DNA of 44,379 bases, taken from NCBI GenBank assembly GCA_903834645.1, contig CAILKA010000097.1, positions 1 to 44,379 on the forward strand, in the 5' to 3' direction. Positions within the stretch are counted from its first letter, which is position 1; every line of letters starts with the position of its first letter. A program made the translations under genes and the position numbers. Source of the stretch: an uncultured beta proteobacterium (GTDB lineage Bacteria > Pseudomonadota > Gammaproteobacteria > Burkholderiales > Burkholderiaceae_C). The notes below the pieces were generated by a model. That model was not told where the DNA came from. It saw only the letters and a program-made list of their open reading frames with translations, and did not search any database. Positions 18,683 through 27,522 of this stretch are shown piece by piece.

Positions 18683-19821
18683 CACCAACCTCCAAACCGC
18701 GGCCAGAGCGCCCGCACCTCGGGCCCATCCACCCACGCGTAGTCCGCATGCTGCGCGCCCGTGGCGCAGGCATGGTTGGGCAGTACGCGCAGCTTCGATC
18801 CCACCGGAAAGCGCTGCTCGATGTCGATCGGCGCCTGGCCGTCGCGCCGCGCGACGATGCCGTGCTCCTGGTTGGCGGCGTGCATCAGAAAGCCGTCGAG
18901 CAGCCGGCCATCGAGCCCGCACACGAGGCCGTAGCCCTGGTCCACGGGCTGCGCCTGCGTGCCACGGTCCCGGCTCATGGCCATCCAGCCGGCGTCCACC
19001 AGCACCCAGCCGCGCTCCACCTGGTGCCCGATGACGGTGGTCAGCACCGACAGCGCGATGTCCTCGTCGCTGCACACGCCCACCCCGGCCATCACGAGGT
19101 CGAAGAACACGTAGACGCCCGCGCGCACCTCGGTCACGCCCGGCAGCTGCCCGGCCGACAGGGCCGTGGGCGTCGAGCCGATGCTCACCACCGGGCACGG
19201 CAGCCCCGCCTCGCGCAGGCGCCCGGCCGCCTGCACCGCCTGCGCGCGCTCCTGCTCGGCAATGTCTTGCAGTTGCGTGGGGGTGCGCTGGTCGTAGGAG
19301 CTGCCGGCATGGGCCATCACGCCCCGCAGCGCGAGCCCCTGCTCGTGCAGGTGCCGGCCGATGTCCAGCAAGAGGGCCGAGCCGGGCGCGACACCGCCCC
19401 GGTGGCCGTCGACATCGACTTCGATCAGCACGGGAACCGGCTCGGGAACCGGGTCTTTCAGGGCCAGCTCGGTGAGCGCCCGGGCCGCGGCCATCGAGTC
19501 GACCACCAGCTGCAGCTCGCAGCCCCGGCGCCGCAGGTCGAGTGCCGGCGCCACCTTCTGCGGCGCCAGCGACACGGCGTAGAGGATGTCCTCGAAGCCG
19601 GCCTGGAAGAACTGCTCGGCTTCCTTGAGCGTGGACACCGTGATGCCCCGCGCCCCGGCGGCCAGTTGCCGGCGTGCCACCTCGACGCACTTGCTCGTCT
19701 TGACATGGGGCCGAAAGCGCACGCCGAGCTCGTCCATGCGCGACTGCATGCGCGCGATGTTGCGCGCCAGGCGCGCGTCTTCGATCAGCGCTGCGGGGGT
19801 GGCCAGCTCATCGATGTGCAT
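18682..19821 (-). CDS. DSD1-family fold-type III PLP enzyme, D-threo-3-hydroxyaspartate dehydratase-like
   Basis: TPAALI, RPHVKTSK, HAGSSY, GSTPT, RAGVYVFFDL, DAGWMAMSRDRGT, NQEHG and PNHACAT. From recall this closely resembles the Delftia D-THA dehydratase. Confidence 0.85.
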   Translation of the reverse strand: MHIDELATPAALIEDARLARNIARMQSRMDELGVRFRPHVKTSKCVEVARRQLAAGARGITVSTLKEAEQFFQAGFEDILYAVSLAPQKVAPALDLRRRGCELQLVVDSMAAARALTELALKDPVPEPVPVLIEVDVDGHRGGVAPGSALLLDIGRHLHEQGLALRGVMAHAGSSYDQRTPTQLQDIAEQERAQAVQAAGRLREAGLPCPVVSIGSTPTALSAGQLPGVTEVRAGVYVFFDLVMAGVGVCSDEDIALSVLTTVIGHQVERGWVLVDAGWMAMSRDRGTQAQPVDQGYGLVCGLDGRLLDGFLMHAANQEHGIVARRDGQAPIDIEQRFPVGSKLRVLPNHACATGAQHADYAWVDGPEVRALWPRFGGW

Positions 19822-19877
19822 GGGGGCAGTCCAGGTACTCGCTGCGGGGCTTGAGTGCCGGCACTTTACCTTTTGGG

Positions 19878-20786
19878 TCAGACCCCGAACGCCTCCAGCG
19901 TCACCCCCCACTGCAGGCGCTCGTTGCGCAGGAGCTCCACGAGCCCCTGCGCGAAGGGGTCGGCGGCACGGTGCGCATCGTTGAGGTGAGTCACGGGCTC
20001 CAGGCAGACAAAGTCGGGGCGGTAGGCCTGCGGTGGCGGGCTGTAGACCACGAGGTACGGGGCCGGGGCGTTCGCACGCATGCGCAGCGCGAGCCCGCGC
20101 GCGGGCCAGCGGATCTCGGCCGTGCCGTTCCAGCCGGTGTACGCGTGGTCGATGAGCTCAGGCGGCAGTGGCCTCGCCGTGTCGAAGCTCAGCGGCCGTC
20201 GGCCGTCCAACTGCCGGAACCGGCGGGGTGCCTGCCCGGCATCGGGCTCCCAGCGGCCGGTGCTGCGAAAGGCGACCACGGTGTCGAGATCGCGCACGAA
20301 CCAGGGATGCAGTCCCAGGCCGTAGGGGAGCGGGCTCGTGCCGCGGTGCTCCACGCTGAGCTCCACGCGCAAGGTCGTGTCTTCGAGCCGGTAGCGCACT
20401 TGTCCGGCGTAGTCGAAGCCCGACGGTGACTGGAACCTGTGCGTCAGCACCAGCTCCTCGGGGGTATCCGCCACGACCTGCCACGGCGCCAGCCAGGCGT
20501 GGCCGTGGAGCGGCATCCGGTCGCCCGGCCGCAGCGGCTCGATGATCACGGCGCGGTCGCGCCAGCGAAAGCCTCCCCCGTAGAGCCGGTTGCTCCAGGG
20601 CATGAGCACGCCGCAGGCCATCTGCTCGGGGTCCCGGGCGCGCCCTTGGAGCGGCCGCATCAGGGGCTGCCAGTGGCCGTCGTGCCAGACTGCCATCTGC
20701 GTGAGCCCCGCGCCCAGTCCGGGCTGCACGACCACGCGCAGCCTGCCGTTGGTCAGCGTCACGAGGCCGGTATCCGGGCTGGTCAC
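19878..20786 (-). CDS. Aldose 1-epimerase (mutarotase) family protein
   Basis: PWSNRL, LHGHAW, GLHPWF and CLEPVTH motifs. GTGA overlap with the upstream gene. Confidence 0.88.
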   Translation of the reverse strand: MTSPDTGLVTLTNGRLRVVVQPGLGAGLTQMAVWHDGHWQPLMRPLQGRARDPEQMACGVLMPWSNRLYGGGFRWRDRAVIIEPLRPGDRMPLHGHAWLAPWQVVADTPEELVLTHRFQSPSGFDYAGQVRYRLEDTTLRVELSVEHRGTSPLPYGLGLHPWFVRDLDTVVAFRSTGRWEPDAGQAPRRFRQLDGRRPLSFDTARPLPPELIDHAYTGWNGTAEIRWPARGLALRMRANAPAPYLVVYSPPPQAYRPDFVCLEPVTHLNDAHRAADPFAQGLVELLRNERLQWGVTLEAFGV

Positions 20787-22123
20787 GGCGATCGGGTGGC
20801 TGCCGCCTGGTGCTCCAGCCGCATGCCCACAGCCCAGCGCCGCTGAAAGCCCGTCCAGTGGGTGATAGGCCCCGCGGGCGCTCCCGCATAGCGCCCGGTG
20901 GCGGGCGTGCCGAAGGGCTCAGGCCAGGCGCCGTCGTTGGAGCGCGGCACGGCTGGGCTGAGGTAGGGCAGCCGATCGGCCTGACCCAGCAGCACGAGGT
21001 CGAGGAAAGCCGTGACGAAATGGCGGTTGAGATGCAGCAGCCGATCCCGGCGCCACACCGGCTCCTCGAGGCTGGACCAGCCCGCGAAGCTGGCCTGCAG
21101 CCCGGCGGGCGCCCCTTGCAGCGCGATGTTGTGGCGAGCGTTCTCATAGACCAGCAGCCAGCGCCTGGCCGGCAACTGTTCCCACAGGCTGCGCACCCCG
21201 TCGGCGTAGCCGCTGATGTCGTCCTGGTCTCCCACCACGACCAGGGTGGGCGCCTGCACGCCAGCCAGGCCCGGCGCCTTGAGGGCCCCGATCGAGGACT
21301 GCCCGCCCCAAGGTGCCAGCGCCACCACGGCACCGATGCGGGCCCGCAGCCGCTCCTGGGCCCCTTGCATCGGCTGGGCGTGGCGGGCCATCACGCCGCC
21401 AGGCACGTAGCCGAAGGCCATGCCGTCGGGGGCCACGCGCGCACCGGCACTGACCAGGGCGCCGTAGCCGCCCATCGAGTAGCCCACCACGGCCACGCGG
21501 TCCAGCGCCAGGCGGCCATGCAGGGCGTGCCCGGGCGTCGCGTCGAGCCGCTGCAGCGTCTCCAGGGCGCCGGCCTGATCCACGGGCCGCAGCAGCAGCG
21601 CGGAGGCCAGCGGGTTGGACGCGCGCTCGTCGTCATGCTCGATGCCCAGCACCGCGTAGCCGCGCGAGGCCAGGTGCTCGGCCAGGTCGTTCAGGCCGGC
21701 GGCCCAGTTGAGCAGGCCGTGCGACAGCAGCACCACCGGCAGTCGCCCGCCCGGCGACGGCGAGGCATCGGCCTGAGCCAGCGAAGGGACAGCCACCTGC
21801 ATGGTGGGGCTCGGGAGTGGGCGCCAGGCGTGAGCGCGGATCTCGCGCGCCCAGTCGCGAGGCGCCGCGGGCGCCCCCGCCGCGGGGTACCACAGCCACC
21901 CCTCGAGCCGCCTCTCGGCGGCTGCCTTGCCCTCGGGCGAGGGCGCGGTGCCGATGTCCAGGCTCACTGCCATCACGCCCACCGCCTTCGGGCCCGGCCG
22001 GGCAAGCTCCGGCGCATCGACGGGAGCAGCGCGTGCTGCCAGCGCGGCTCCTGCCAGCACCAGCCAGGCGAGCAGCCGCGCAAGGGGCTGAGCAAGGGGC
22101 AGCCATGCGTGAAGGGTCTTCAT
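20783..22123 (-). CDS. Secreted alpha/beta serine hydrolase (PAF-acetylhydrolase/dienelactone hydrolase-like), candidate lipase/acylhydrolase
   Basis: Signal peptide ending AARA, then WYPA, LSHG, GYSMGG (Ser), GDQDD (Asp) and ARHN (His). ATGA overlap at 22120-22123. Confidence 0.8.
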   Translation of the reverse strand: MKTLHAWLPLAQPLARLLAWLVLAGAALAARAAPVDAPELARPGPKAVGVMAVSLDIGTAPSPEGKAAAERRLEGWLWYPAAGAPAAPRDWAREIRAHAWRPLPSPTMQVAVPSLAQADASPSPGGRLPVVLLSHGLLNWAAGLNDLAEHLASRGYAVLGIEHDDERASNPLASALLLRPVDQAGALETLQRLDATPGHALHGRLALDRVAVVGYSMGGYGALVSAGARVAPDGMAFGYVPGGVMARHAQPMQGAQERLRARIGAVVALAPWGGQSSIGALKAPGLAGVQAPTLVVVGDQDDISGYADGVRSLWEQLPARRWLLVYENARHNIALQGAPAGLQASFAGWSSLEEPVWRRDRLLHLNRHFVTAFLDLVLLGQADRLPYLSPAVPRSNDGAWPEPFGTPATGRYAGAPAGPITHWTGFQRRWAVGMRLEHQAAATRSP

Positions 22124-23025
22124 CGGGGGTCTTCCTGGGGGTTCCACAACGGGGAGCTCTGCTTGAGCAGCCGCGACAGCATCAGCATCCGCGCGACGTC
22201 GCATCCGAGGGCCGGGTCGCGCACGACGGTCTCGGTCCACAGCATCTCGCTGCGCGGCGAGTCGGTGACGGCCAGCACGCGGCCGCTGACCTCGTACGGA
22301 CGCTCGACATGCATCGGGCCGTGCAGCCACTGCCATTCGATGCCGCCGAAGAGGCCCACGAAGGCGCCGCGTGCTACCGGCAGCCGCTCCTCGAACACAC
22401 GCAGGGCGTGCACCGCAGCCGACAGGGGCGGCTCGGCCTGGTCGCCCTCCAGGCTGAAGGCGGGCAGGCGCTCCGTGATGATGGGCAGGCGCTGCTCCAC
22501 GTCCACGCGCGGCACCCGTGTGGGCAGCCCGCTGGTCTGGAATCCGCCGCGCAGGCGCGCCAGCATGCGCGGGGCCTCCCCCGGCCGCATGGCTGCCAGC
22601 CGCTGGCGCAGCGCGCCATGGGTGTCGAGCCCCGCGGTGGCCGTCCCGGACAGCACCTCGGCGCCGTCGCTGCGCAGCATGCGTACCTGGCGCTGTCCCG
22701 CACCGGCGGCCTGCACCATCGCGCGTACCGCCTCGCCGTCCGCGGAGGGTTCGCGGAACCACAGCGACAGTGATCCGGTGCGCTGCCAGTCAGGCCCGAA
22801 GGCGTGATGCAGGAGCGGCACGAACTGCTCCATGTGGATGGAGCCGGCCACCGTGCCGCCGCGAAAGCCCAGGCCCTGGGCCGTCGCGTCGTCGTGGATG
22901 GTGCCCGCCTCGTGGCTGGAGTTGTTGGTGGGCCGTCGCCAGGGCCCGCACAGCCAGCCCGACTCCAGGGTCGTTTCGAAAGGGCGGGCATTGTCGGGGT
23001 GCCGAGCCGCTTGCAGCCCCCCCAT
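22120..23025 (-). CDS. Hypothetical protein, probable double hot-dog fold (MaoC-like hydratase)
   Basis: TIHDDATAQGLGFRGGTVAG resembles the MaoC IHxDxxxAxxxGF motif, followed by LSLWFREP and a second GLFGGIEWQWLHGP repeat. TGATG coupling to the acyl-CoA dehydrogenase. Confidence 0.6.
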   Translation of the reverse strand: MGGLQAARHPDNARPFETTLESGWLCGPWRRPTNNSSHEAGTIHDDATAQGLGFRGGTVAGSIHMEQFVPLLHHAFGPDWQRTGSLSLWFREPSADGEAVRAMVQAAGAGQRQVRMLRSDGAEVLSGTATAGLDTHGALRQRLAAMRPGEAPRMLARLRGGFQTSGLPTRVPRVDVEQRLPIITERLPAFSLEGDQAEPPLSAAVHALRVFEERLPVARGAFVGLFGGIEWQWLHGPMHVERPYEVSGRVLAVTDSPRSEMLWTETVVRDPALGCDVARMLMLSRLLKQSSPLWNPQEDPR

Positions 23026-24176
23026 CACGACAACCCCAGCACGTGCCGCGCGATGATGTCGCGCTGCACCTCGTTCGTGCCTCCGGCGATGCTGGCCGAG
23101 CGCCCGATGAGGTAGGTGCTCATCTCCTCGCGCAGGCCGCGCTCGTCGAAATCGTAGGGCAGAGCCTGCGGCCCCACGCACTCGACGAAGAGCTCCGTCA
23201 GGCGCTGCAGCACGAGCGTGCCCTGCAGCTTCAGGATGGAAGACTGGTTGCCGGGCGCCTGGCCGGAGGCCGTCTCGGCCAGCGTGCGCAGCTCGGTGAT
23301 CTCCAGCGCGATGAGGTCGATCTCCACTTCGGCCAGCTTGGCCGCGAACAGCGGGTCGTCGATGAGGCGGCCTGCGCCCGTGTCCGTGCGTGCCGCCGTC
23401 TCGCGCAGCCGGCGCAGGCGGCGTGTGGAGTCGGCCACGTAGGCCAGCCCCGTGCGCTCGTGGGTGAGCAGGCCCTTGGCATAGCGCCAGCCCTGGCCCT
23501 CCTGCCCCACCCGCTGCTCGACCGGCACGCGCACGTCGGTGAGGGTGACGGTGTTGAGCGTGGAGTGGCGCCCGTCGAGCGTGACGATGGGCTGCACGCT
23601 CACGCCCGGGGAGCGCATGTCGATGAGGAGGAAGCTGATGCCGTCCTGGCGTCGCGCTGCGCTCTCCGTGCGCACGATGCAGAACATCCAGTCGGCGATG
23701 TGGGCGTAGCTGGTCCAGGTCTTGAGGCCGTTGACCACGTAGTGGTCGCCGTGGAGCTCAGCCCGCGTGCGCAGCGCGGCGAGGTCCGAGCCGGCCTCGG
23801 GCTCGGAGTAGCCCTGGCACCACTCGACCGAGTTGTCCAGGATGCCGGGCAGGAAGCGGCGGCACTGCTCCGCGCTGCCGTAGGTGTAGAGCACCGGCGC
23901 CAGCATGAACATGCCCATGCCGCCCATGCGTGCGGGCACGCCGGCCAGCGCCGTCTCGCGCTCCCAGATGTAGCGCTGCGTCAGGTCCCAGCCCGTGCCG
24001 CCGAACTCGACGGGCCACTGGTAGGCTGCCCAGCCTTGCTCGAGCAGGGCCCGGGCCCAGCGGTCCTCGTCGGCGGTGCCGGGGGTGAAGGGCTGGTGCG
24101 GCGGGAAGTGGCGCGCGACGAAGGCGCGCACCTCGTCGCGGAAGGCCAGCTCCTCAGGGCTGAAGGACAGCTTCAT
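23025..24176 (-). CDS. Acyl-CoA dehydrogenase, PimC/FadE29-like (catalytic subunit type)
   Basis: WCQGYSEPEAGSDLAALRTRA, NGLKTWTS, LTHERTG and SIAGGTNEVQRDIIA. Confidence 0.92.
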   Translation of the reverse strand: MKLSFSPEELAFRDEVRAFVARHFPPHQPFTPGTADEDRWARALLEQGWAAYQWPVEFGGTGWDLTQRYIWERETALAGVPARMGGMGMFMLAPVLYTYGSAEQCRRFLPGILDNSVEWCQGYSEPEAGSDLAALRTRAELHGDHYVVNGLKTWTSYAHIADWMFCIVRTESAARRQDGISFLLIDMRSPGVSVQPIVTLDGRHSTLNTVTLTDVRVPVEQRVGQEGQGWRYAKGLLTHERTGLAYVADSTRRLRRLRETAARTDTGAGRLIDDPLFAAKLAEVEIDLIALEITELRTLAETASGQAPGNQSSILKLQGTLVLQRLTELFVECVGPQALPYDFDERGLREEMSTYLIGRSASIAGGTNEVQRDIIARHVLGLS

Positions 24177-24219
24177 CGATCAGCACTCCCGGGCACCCGC
24201 GTTTGCGGCCAGCCCGCAT

Positions 24220-24239
24220 AATTCGACGAGAGGTCAATA
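24220..24239 (-). promoter_or_regulatory. Putative TetR operator in the ACAD/tetR divergent gap
   Basis: Minus strand TATTGACCTCTCGTCGAATT, which matches five other sites. Confidence 0.6.
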
Positions 24240-24255
24240 CGAGCGCTCGCCCCTC

Positions 24256-24954
24256 ATGCCTGCCCCCATCGCCCAGTCGAAGGCCCGTGCCGCGGCCCCG
24301 GCACCTCGCCGCCGGCGCCTGGCGCCGCAGGAGCGGGCGGCCCAGATCCTGGACTTCGCGGCCCGGCTCATCATCGAGGAGGGCCTGACCGAGCTGTCGA
24401 TGGAACGGCTCGGCCGCGAGGCCGGCATCAGCAAGGCGCTGATCTACAACTACTTCCCCAACCGCAACGACCTGCTGCGTGCGCTTCTGGAGCGCGAGAT
24501 GGAGGTCCTGCGCGAGCGCCAGGTGGCGCAGACCCGCGCGGCCGCCGACTTCCGCGACCTCGTCCTGCGCACGACGCGCACCTACGTCGCGCAGGTCAAG
24601 GAGCGCGGCGCGCTGCTGCAGCGCCTGTGGGCCGAGCCTGCCGTGGCGCGCCTGGTGGCCGAGCAGAACGTGCGCAAGCGCGAGGAGGCGCTGCGCTTCA
24701 TGGTGGCCCAGGTGGTCAAGACCTACGGCCTGCCCCGCGACGTCGCGGTCTCGGCGGTGGACATGGGCATGGCCATGACCGAGGCGGCCGCGCAGCACCT
24801 GCCCGCCTCGCGCAACGACGTGGACTTTGCCACCCACGTGTGCGTGAGCCTGCTCATGGGCGGGCTGGAGGCGCTGGCGCGGGAGCATGCCCAGCCCGCG
24901 CTCCGGCCTGCGGCGCCCGGGCGTCCGGCCAGGCGCCGCCCGAGCCGCGCCTGA
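24256..24954 (+). CDS. TetR/AcrR family transcriptional regulator
   Basis: QILDFAARLIIEEGLTELSMERLGREAGISKALIYNYFPNRNDLL HTH. Confidence 0.92.
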   Translation: MPAPIAQSKARAAAPAPRRRRLAPQERAAQILDFAARLIIEEGLTELSMERLGREAGISKALIYNYFPNRNDLLRALLEREMEVLRERQVAQTRAAADFRDLVLRTTRTYVAQVKERGALLQRLWAEPAVARLVAEQNVRKREEALRFMVAQVVKTYGLPRDVAVSAVDMGMAMTEAAAQHLPASRNDVDFATHVCVSLLMGGLEALAREHAQPALRPAAPGRPARRRPSRA

Positions 24955-24973
24955 GGCAGCGGGCCGCCCGGCC

Positions 24974-25744
24974 TCAGAAGTTGGCCGTCTTGATCGCGCC
25001 ACCGTCGATGCGCAGGTTCGCGCCCGTGATGTAGCTGGCCGCGGGGCTGCACAGGAAGACCACCGCCCGGGCTACCTCCTGGGGCGTGCCCAGGCGGCCC
25101 AGCGCCGAGAGCTTGCTGGCCATCTCGAAGAGGGCCGGCTTGGCGGCGCGGATGCGCGCCCACTCTCCGCCCTCGTGCAGGATCGGGCCGGGCGACACCG
25201 CGTTGACGCGGATGCCCGCCGCCCCCTGGCGCACGGCGAGCTGGCCGGCGTAGTTCACCAGCGCTGCCTTCATCGGGCCGTAGGCCTCCTCGGTAGGCGG
25301 CAGTTGCGTGAGCACCGAGGCGATGGAGGCCACGAAGAGCAGGCTCGCGTCACGGCCGCCGGCGCGCAGGACGGGCAGCGCCAGCTCGGCCAGGCGCACA
25401 TGGTGCAGCAGATCGGTCTCCAGGGCATCGCGCCACATCGGCTCGCCCCGCGCGGTTGGGCGGGTGGAGACGTTGCTCACGACGATGTCCAGGCCTCCGA
25501 GCGTGGCGACGCTTTCCTGGAACCACGCGGCCACCTCGGCGGATTCGCGCACGTCCACCGCGCGCCCGCAGGCCTGCACGCCGTGCGCCCGTGCGGCTGC
25601 CAGCGCGTCGTCCACGCCGGCCTGGCCGCGCGCGCACAGCGCCACGTGCACGCCCTCGGCGGCCAGAGCCTCCACGATCGCGCGGCCGATGCCGCGGCTG
25701 CCGCCGGTGACGAGGGCGCGTCGCCCCTTGAGTCCGAGGTCCAT
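24974..25744 (-). CDS. SDR family NAD(P)-dependent oxidoreductase
   Basis: MDLGLKGRRALVTGGSRGIG, YGPMK, VNAVSPG and ITGANLRIDGG. Confidence 0.92.
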   Translation of the reverse strand: MDLGLKGRRALVTGGSRGIGRAIVEALAAEGVHVALCARGQAGVDDALAAARAHGVQACGRAVDVRESAEVAAWFQESVATLGGLDIVVSNVSTRPTARGEPMWRDALETDLLHHVRLAELALPVLRAGGRDASLLFVASIASVLTQLPPTEEAYGPMKAALVNYAGQLAVRQGAAGIRVNAVSPGPILHEGGEWARIRAAKPALFEMASKLSALGRLGTPQEVARAVVFLCSPAASYITGANLRIDGGAIKTANF

Positions 25745-25758
25745 GGGTCGTGCTCCGT

Positions 25759-26556
25759 TCAGCCGGCCTTGAGCCCGCCGTCGATGGGAATGGCCGTGCC
25801 CGTCATGAACGACGCGGCGTCGCTGGCCAGGAAGACGATGAGCTGCGCGATCTCGGTGGGCTCGGCGTAGCGGCCCATGGGGATCATCCGCGTCATGCCG
25901 CGGCGCACGGCCTCGGGGTCGGCGGGCGAGACGCTGCGCTCCATCGAGAAGACCATCTCCGTGGAGGTGGGTGCCGGGCAAACGGCGTTGACGCGGATGC
26001 CCGCGCTGGCGAGCTCCACCGCCGCAAGCTTGGTCATGCCCACTACCGCGTGCTTGCTGGCCGTGTACGCGACGGTGTAGCGCCCCCCGCCGATGCCCGA
26101 GACCGAGGACACGTTCACGATCGAGCCGCCTCGCCCCATCATGGCCCGCGCCCCGTGCTTCAGGCCCAGGAACACCCCGCGCGCGTTCACGCGCATGACC
26201 TCGTCGAACATGTCGTCGCGGCAGTCCACGAGCGGGCCGATTTCGCCGGAGATGCCGGCGTTGTTCACGAGCACGTCCAGGCGACCGAAGCGCTCGAGCG
26301 TGGAGGAGATGGCGCGTTCCCAGTCGGACCCATGGCCCACGTCGCCTTCCACCTCCAGCAGCTCGGTCGCGCCCAGCGACCGAAGCTCGGACCAGGGTGA
26401 GCCGCTCAGGTCGAAGGCCACCACCTTGGCCCCGGCGCGCGCCAGTTGCGCGACGGTGGCCAGGCCGATGCCGCGGGCCGCACCGGTGACGAGGGTCACG
26501 AGACCCGCCAGGGACGACGCATGGGCGGGCCATGAGGAGGGGGCTTGGGCAGTCAT
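25759..26556 (-). CDS. Classical SDR family oxidoreductase
   Basis: TGAARGIG, NNAG, YTASK and MTGTAIPIDGG. ATGA overlap at 26553-26556. Confidence 0.92.
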   Translation of the reverse strand: MTAQAPSSWPAHASSLAGLVTLVTGAARGIGLATVAQLARAGAKVVAFDLSGSPWSELRSLGATELLEVEGDVGHGSDWERAISSTLERFGRLDVLVNNAGISGEIGPLVDCRDDMFDEVMRVNARGVFLGLKHGARAMMGRGGSIVNVSSVSGIGGGRYTVAYTASKHAVVGMTKLAAVELASAGIRVNAVCPAPTSTEMVFSMERSVSPADPEAVRRGMTRMIPMGRYAEPTEIAQLIVFLASDAASFMTGTAIPIDGGLKAG

Positions 26557-27512
26557 GCAAATGCGAGGAGGGCCGCGCGGGAGGCCGCGAAGCGTTGGGT
26601 GATGCGCGGCTCGGGCAGCGCCTGGATGCGCAATGCCGCGTGGTCGGGGTGGCGCAGGTCCAGCAGCAGCAACCGGTTGCCGTCGGGGTCTCGGGCCCAT
26701 GCCTGCCAGGCACCGGGCTGGGGCGCGTCTTCCAATCGGCCCCCGCAGGCCTCGAGGTGGTCGCAGGCCTGCGCCAGTTCGGTCACCTCGAAGGCCAGGT
26801 GTGCAAAGCCCGGCGCGCCGGCCGTGCGCCGGCCCGTGAGTTCGGTGGTGGTCGGCTCCAGGTACTGCATGAGCTCGACCTGGGCGTTTCCGACGTCCAG
26901 CCAGGCGGCCCGCAGCTGCACGCCCGGGAGGTCAGCGATGGCGTCGAGCCGGGGGTCGTCGCGCAGACGCGGGCTGCGCGCGGCGTCGACGCCGAGCCAG
27001 GCTCCGTAGAAGGAGCTGAGCCGGCGCAGGTCGTGCGTGACGATGTTGGCGTGAGCCAGCCAGGGGCGCGGATCGGGCCATACGGGTGCCACGCACTCCA
27101 CCTCGATCACGTTGTGCTCCGGGTCGCGCGCATAGCAATAGAGGAAGCCGGTGCCCAGGTCGATGGGGTCGCTGTGCAAGGTTGCGCCCTGGGCCAGCAG
27201 GTGCTGGATCACGTCGGCGATGGCCGGCGTCTGCAGGCACACGTGTGCGATCCCGGCCTCTGAGACCGGCCGACGTTCGGGCGGGCCATCGGTGCCCGCG
27301 GGCATGAGCACAAGTCCGGCGTTCGGGGTACACAGCGGCACGCTGCCGGCGTCCAGTCCGAGTTCCTGGCCGGCCGGCCAGGTCTGGCAGCCCGCACCGC
27401 AGGTGTAGAACCGCGCGGCGCGGTCGGGCTGCAGCACGCGCAGCGCGACATGGTGCAGGCCCGCGCAGACCCGTGGCCGGCTGGTCGGTTCCAGGGCGCC
27501 TGCGGGGTTCAT
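26553..27512 (-). CDS. Tandem VOC/glyoxalase-superfamily protein
   Basis: LHHVAL, IAHVCL, ARDPEHNVIEV, LAHANI, VELMQY, FAHLAF and RDPDGNRLLL, forming two VOC modules. Start uncertain. Confidence 0.8.
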   Translation of the reverse strand: MNPAGALEPTSRPRVCAGLHHVALRVLQPDRAARFYTCGAGCQTWPAGQELGLDAGSVPLCTPNAGLVLMPAGTDGPPERRPVSEAGIAHVCLQTPAIADVIQHLLAQGATLHSDPIDLGTGFLYCYARDPEHNVIEVECVAPVWPDPRPWLAHANIVTHDLRRLSSFYGAWLGVDAARSPRLRDDPRLDAIADLPGVQLRAAWLDVGNAQVELMQYLEPTTTELTGRRTAGAPGFAHLAFEVTELAQACDHLEACGGRLEDAPQPGAWQAWARDPDGNRLLLLDLRHPDHAALRIQALPEPRITQRFAASRAALLAFA

Positions 27513-27522
27513 GGGCGGCGCC

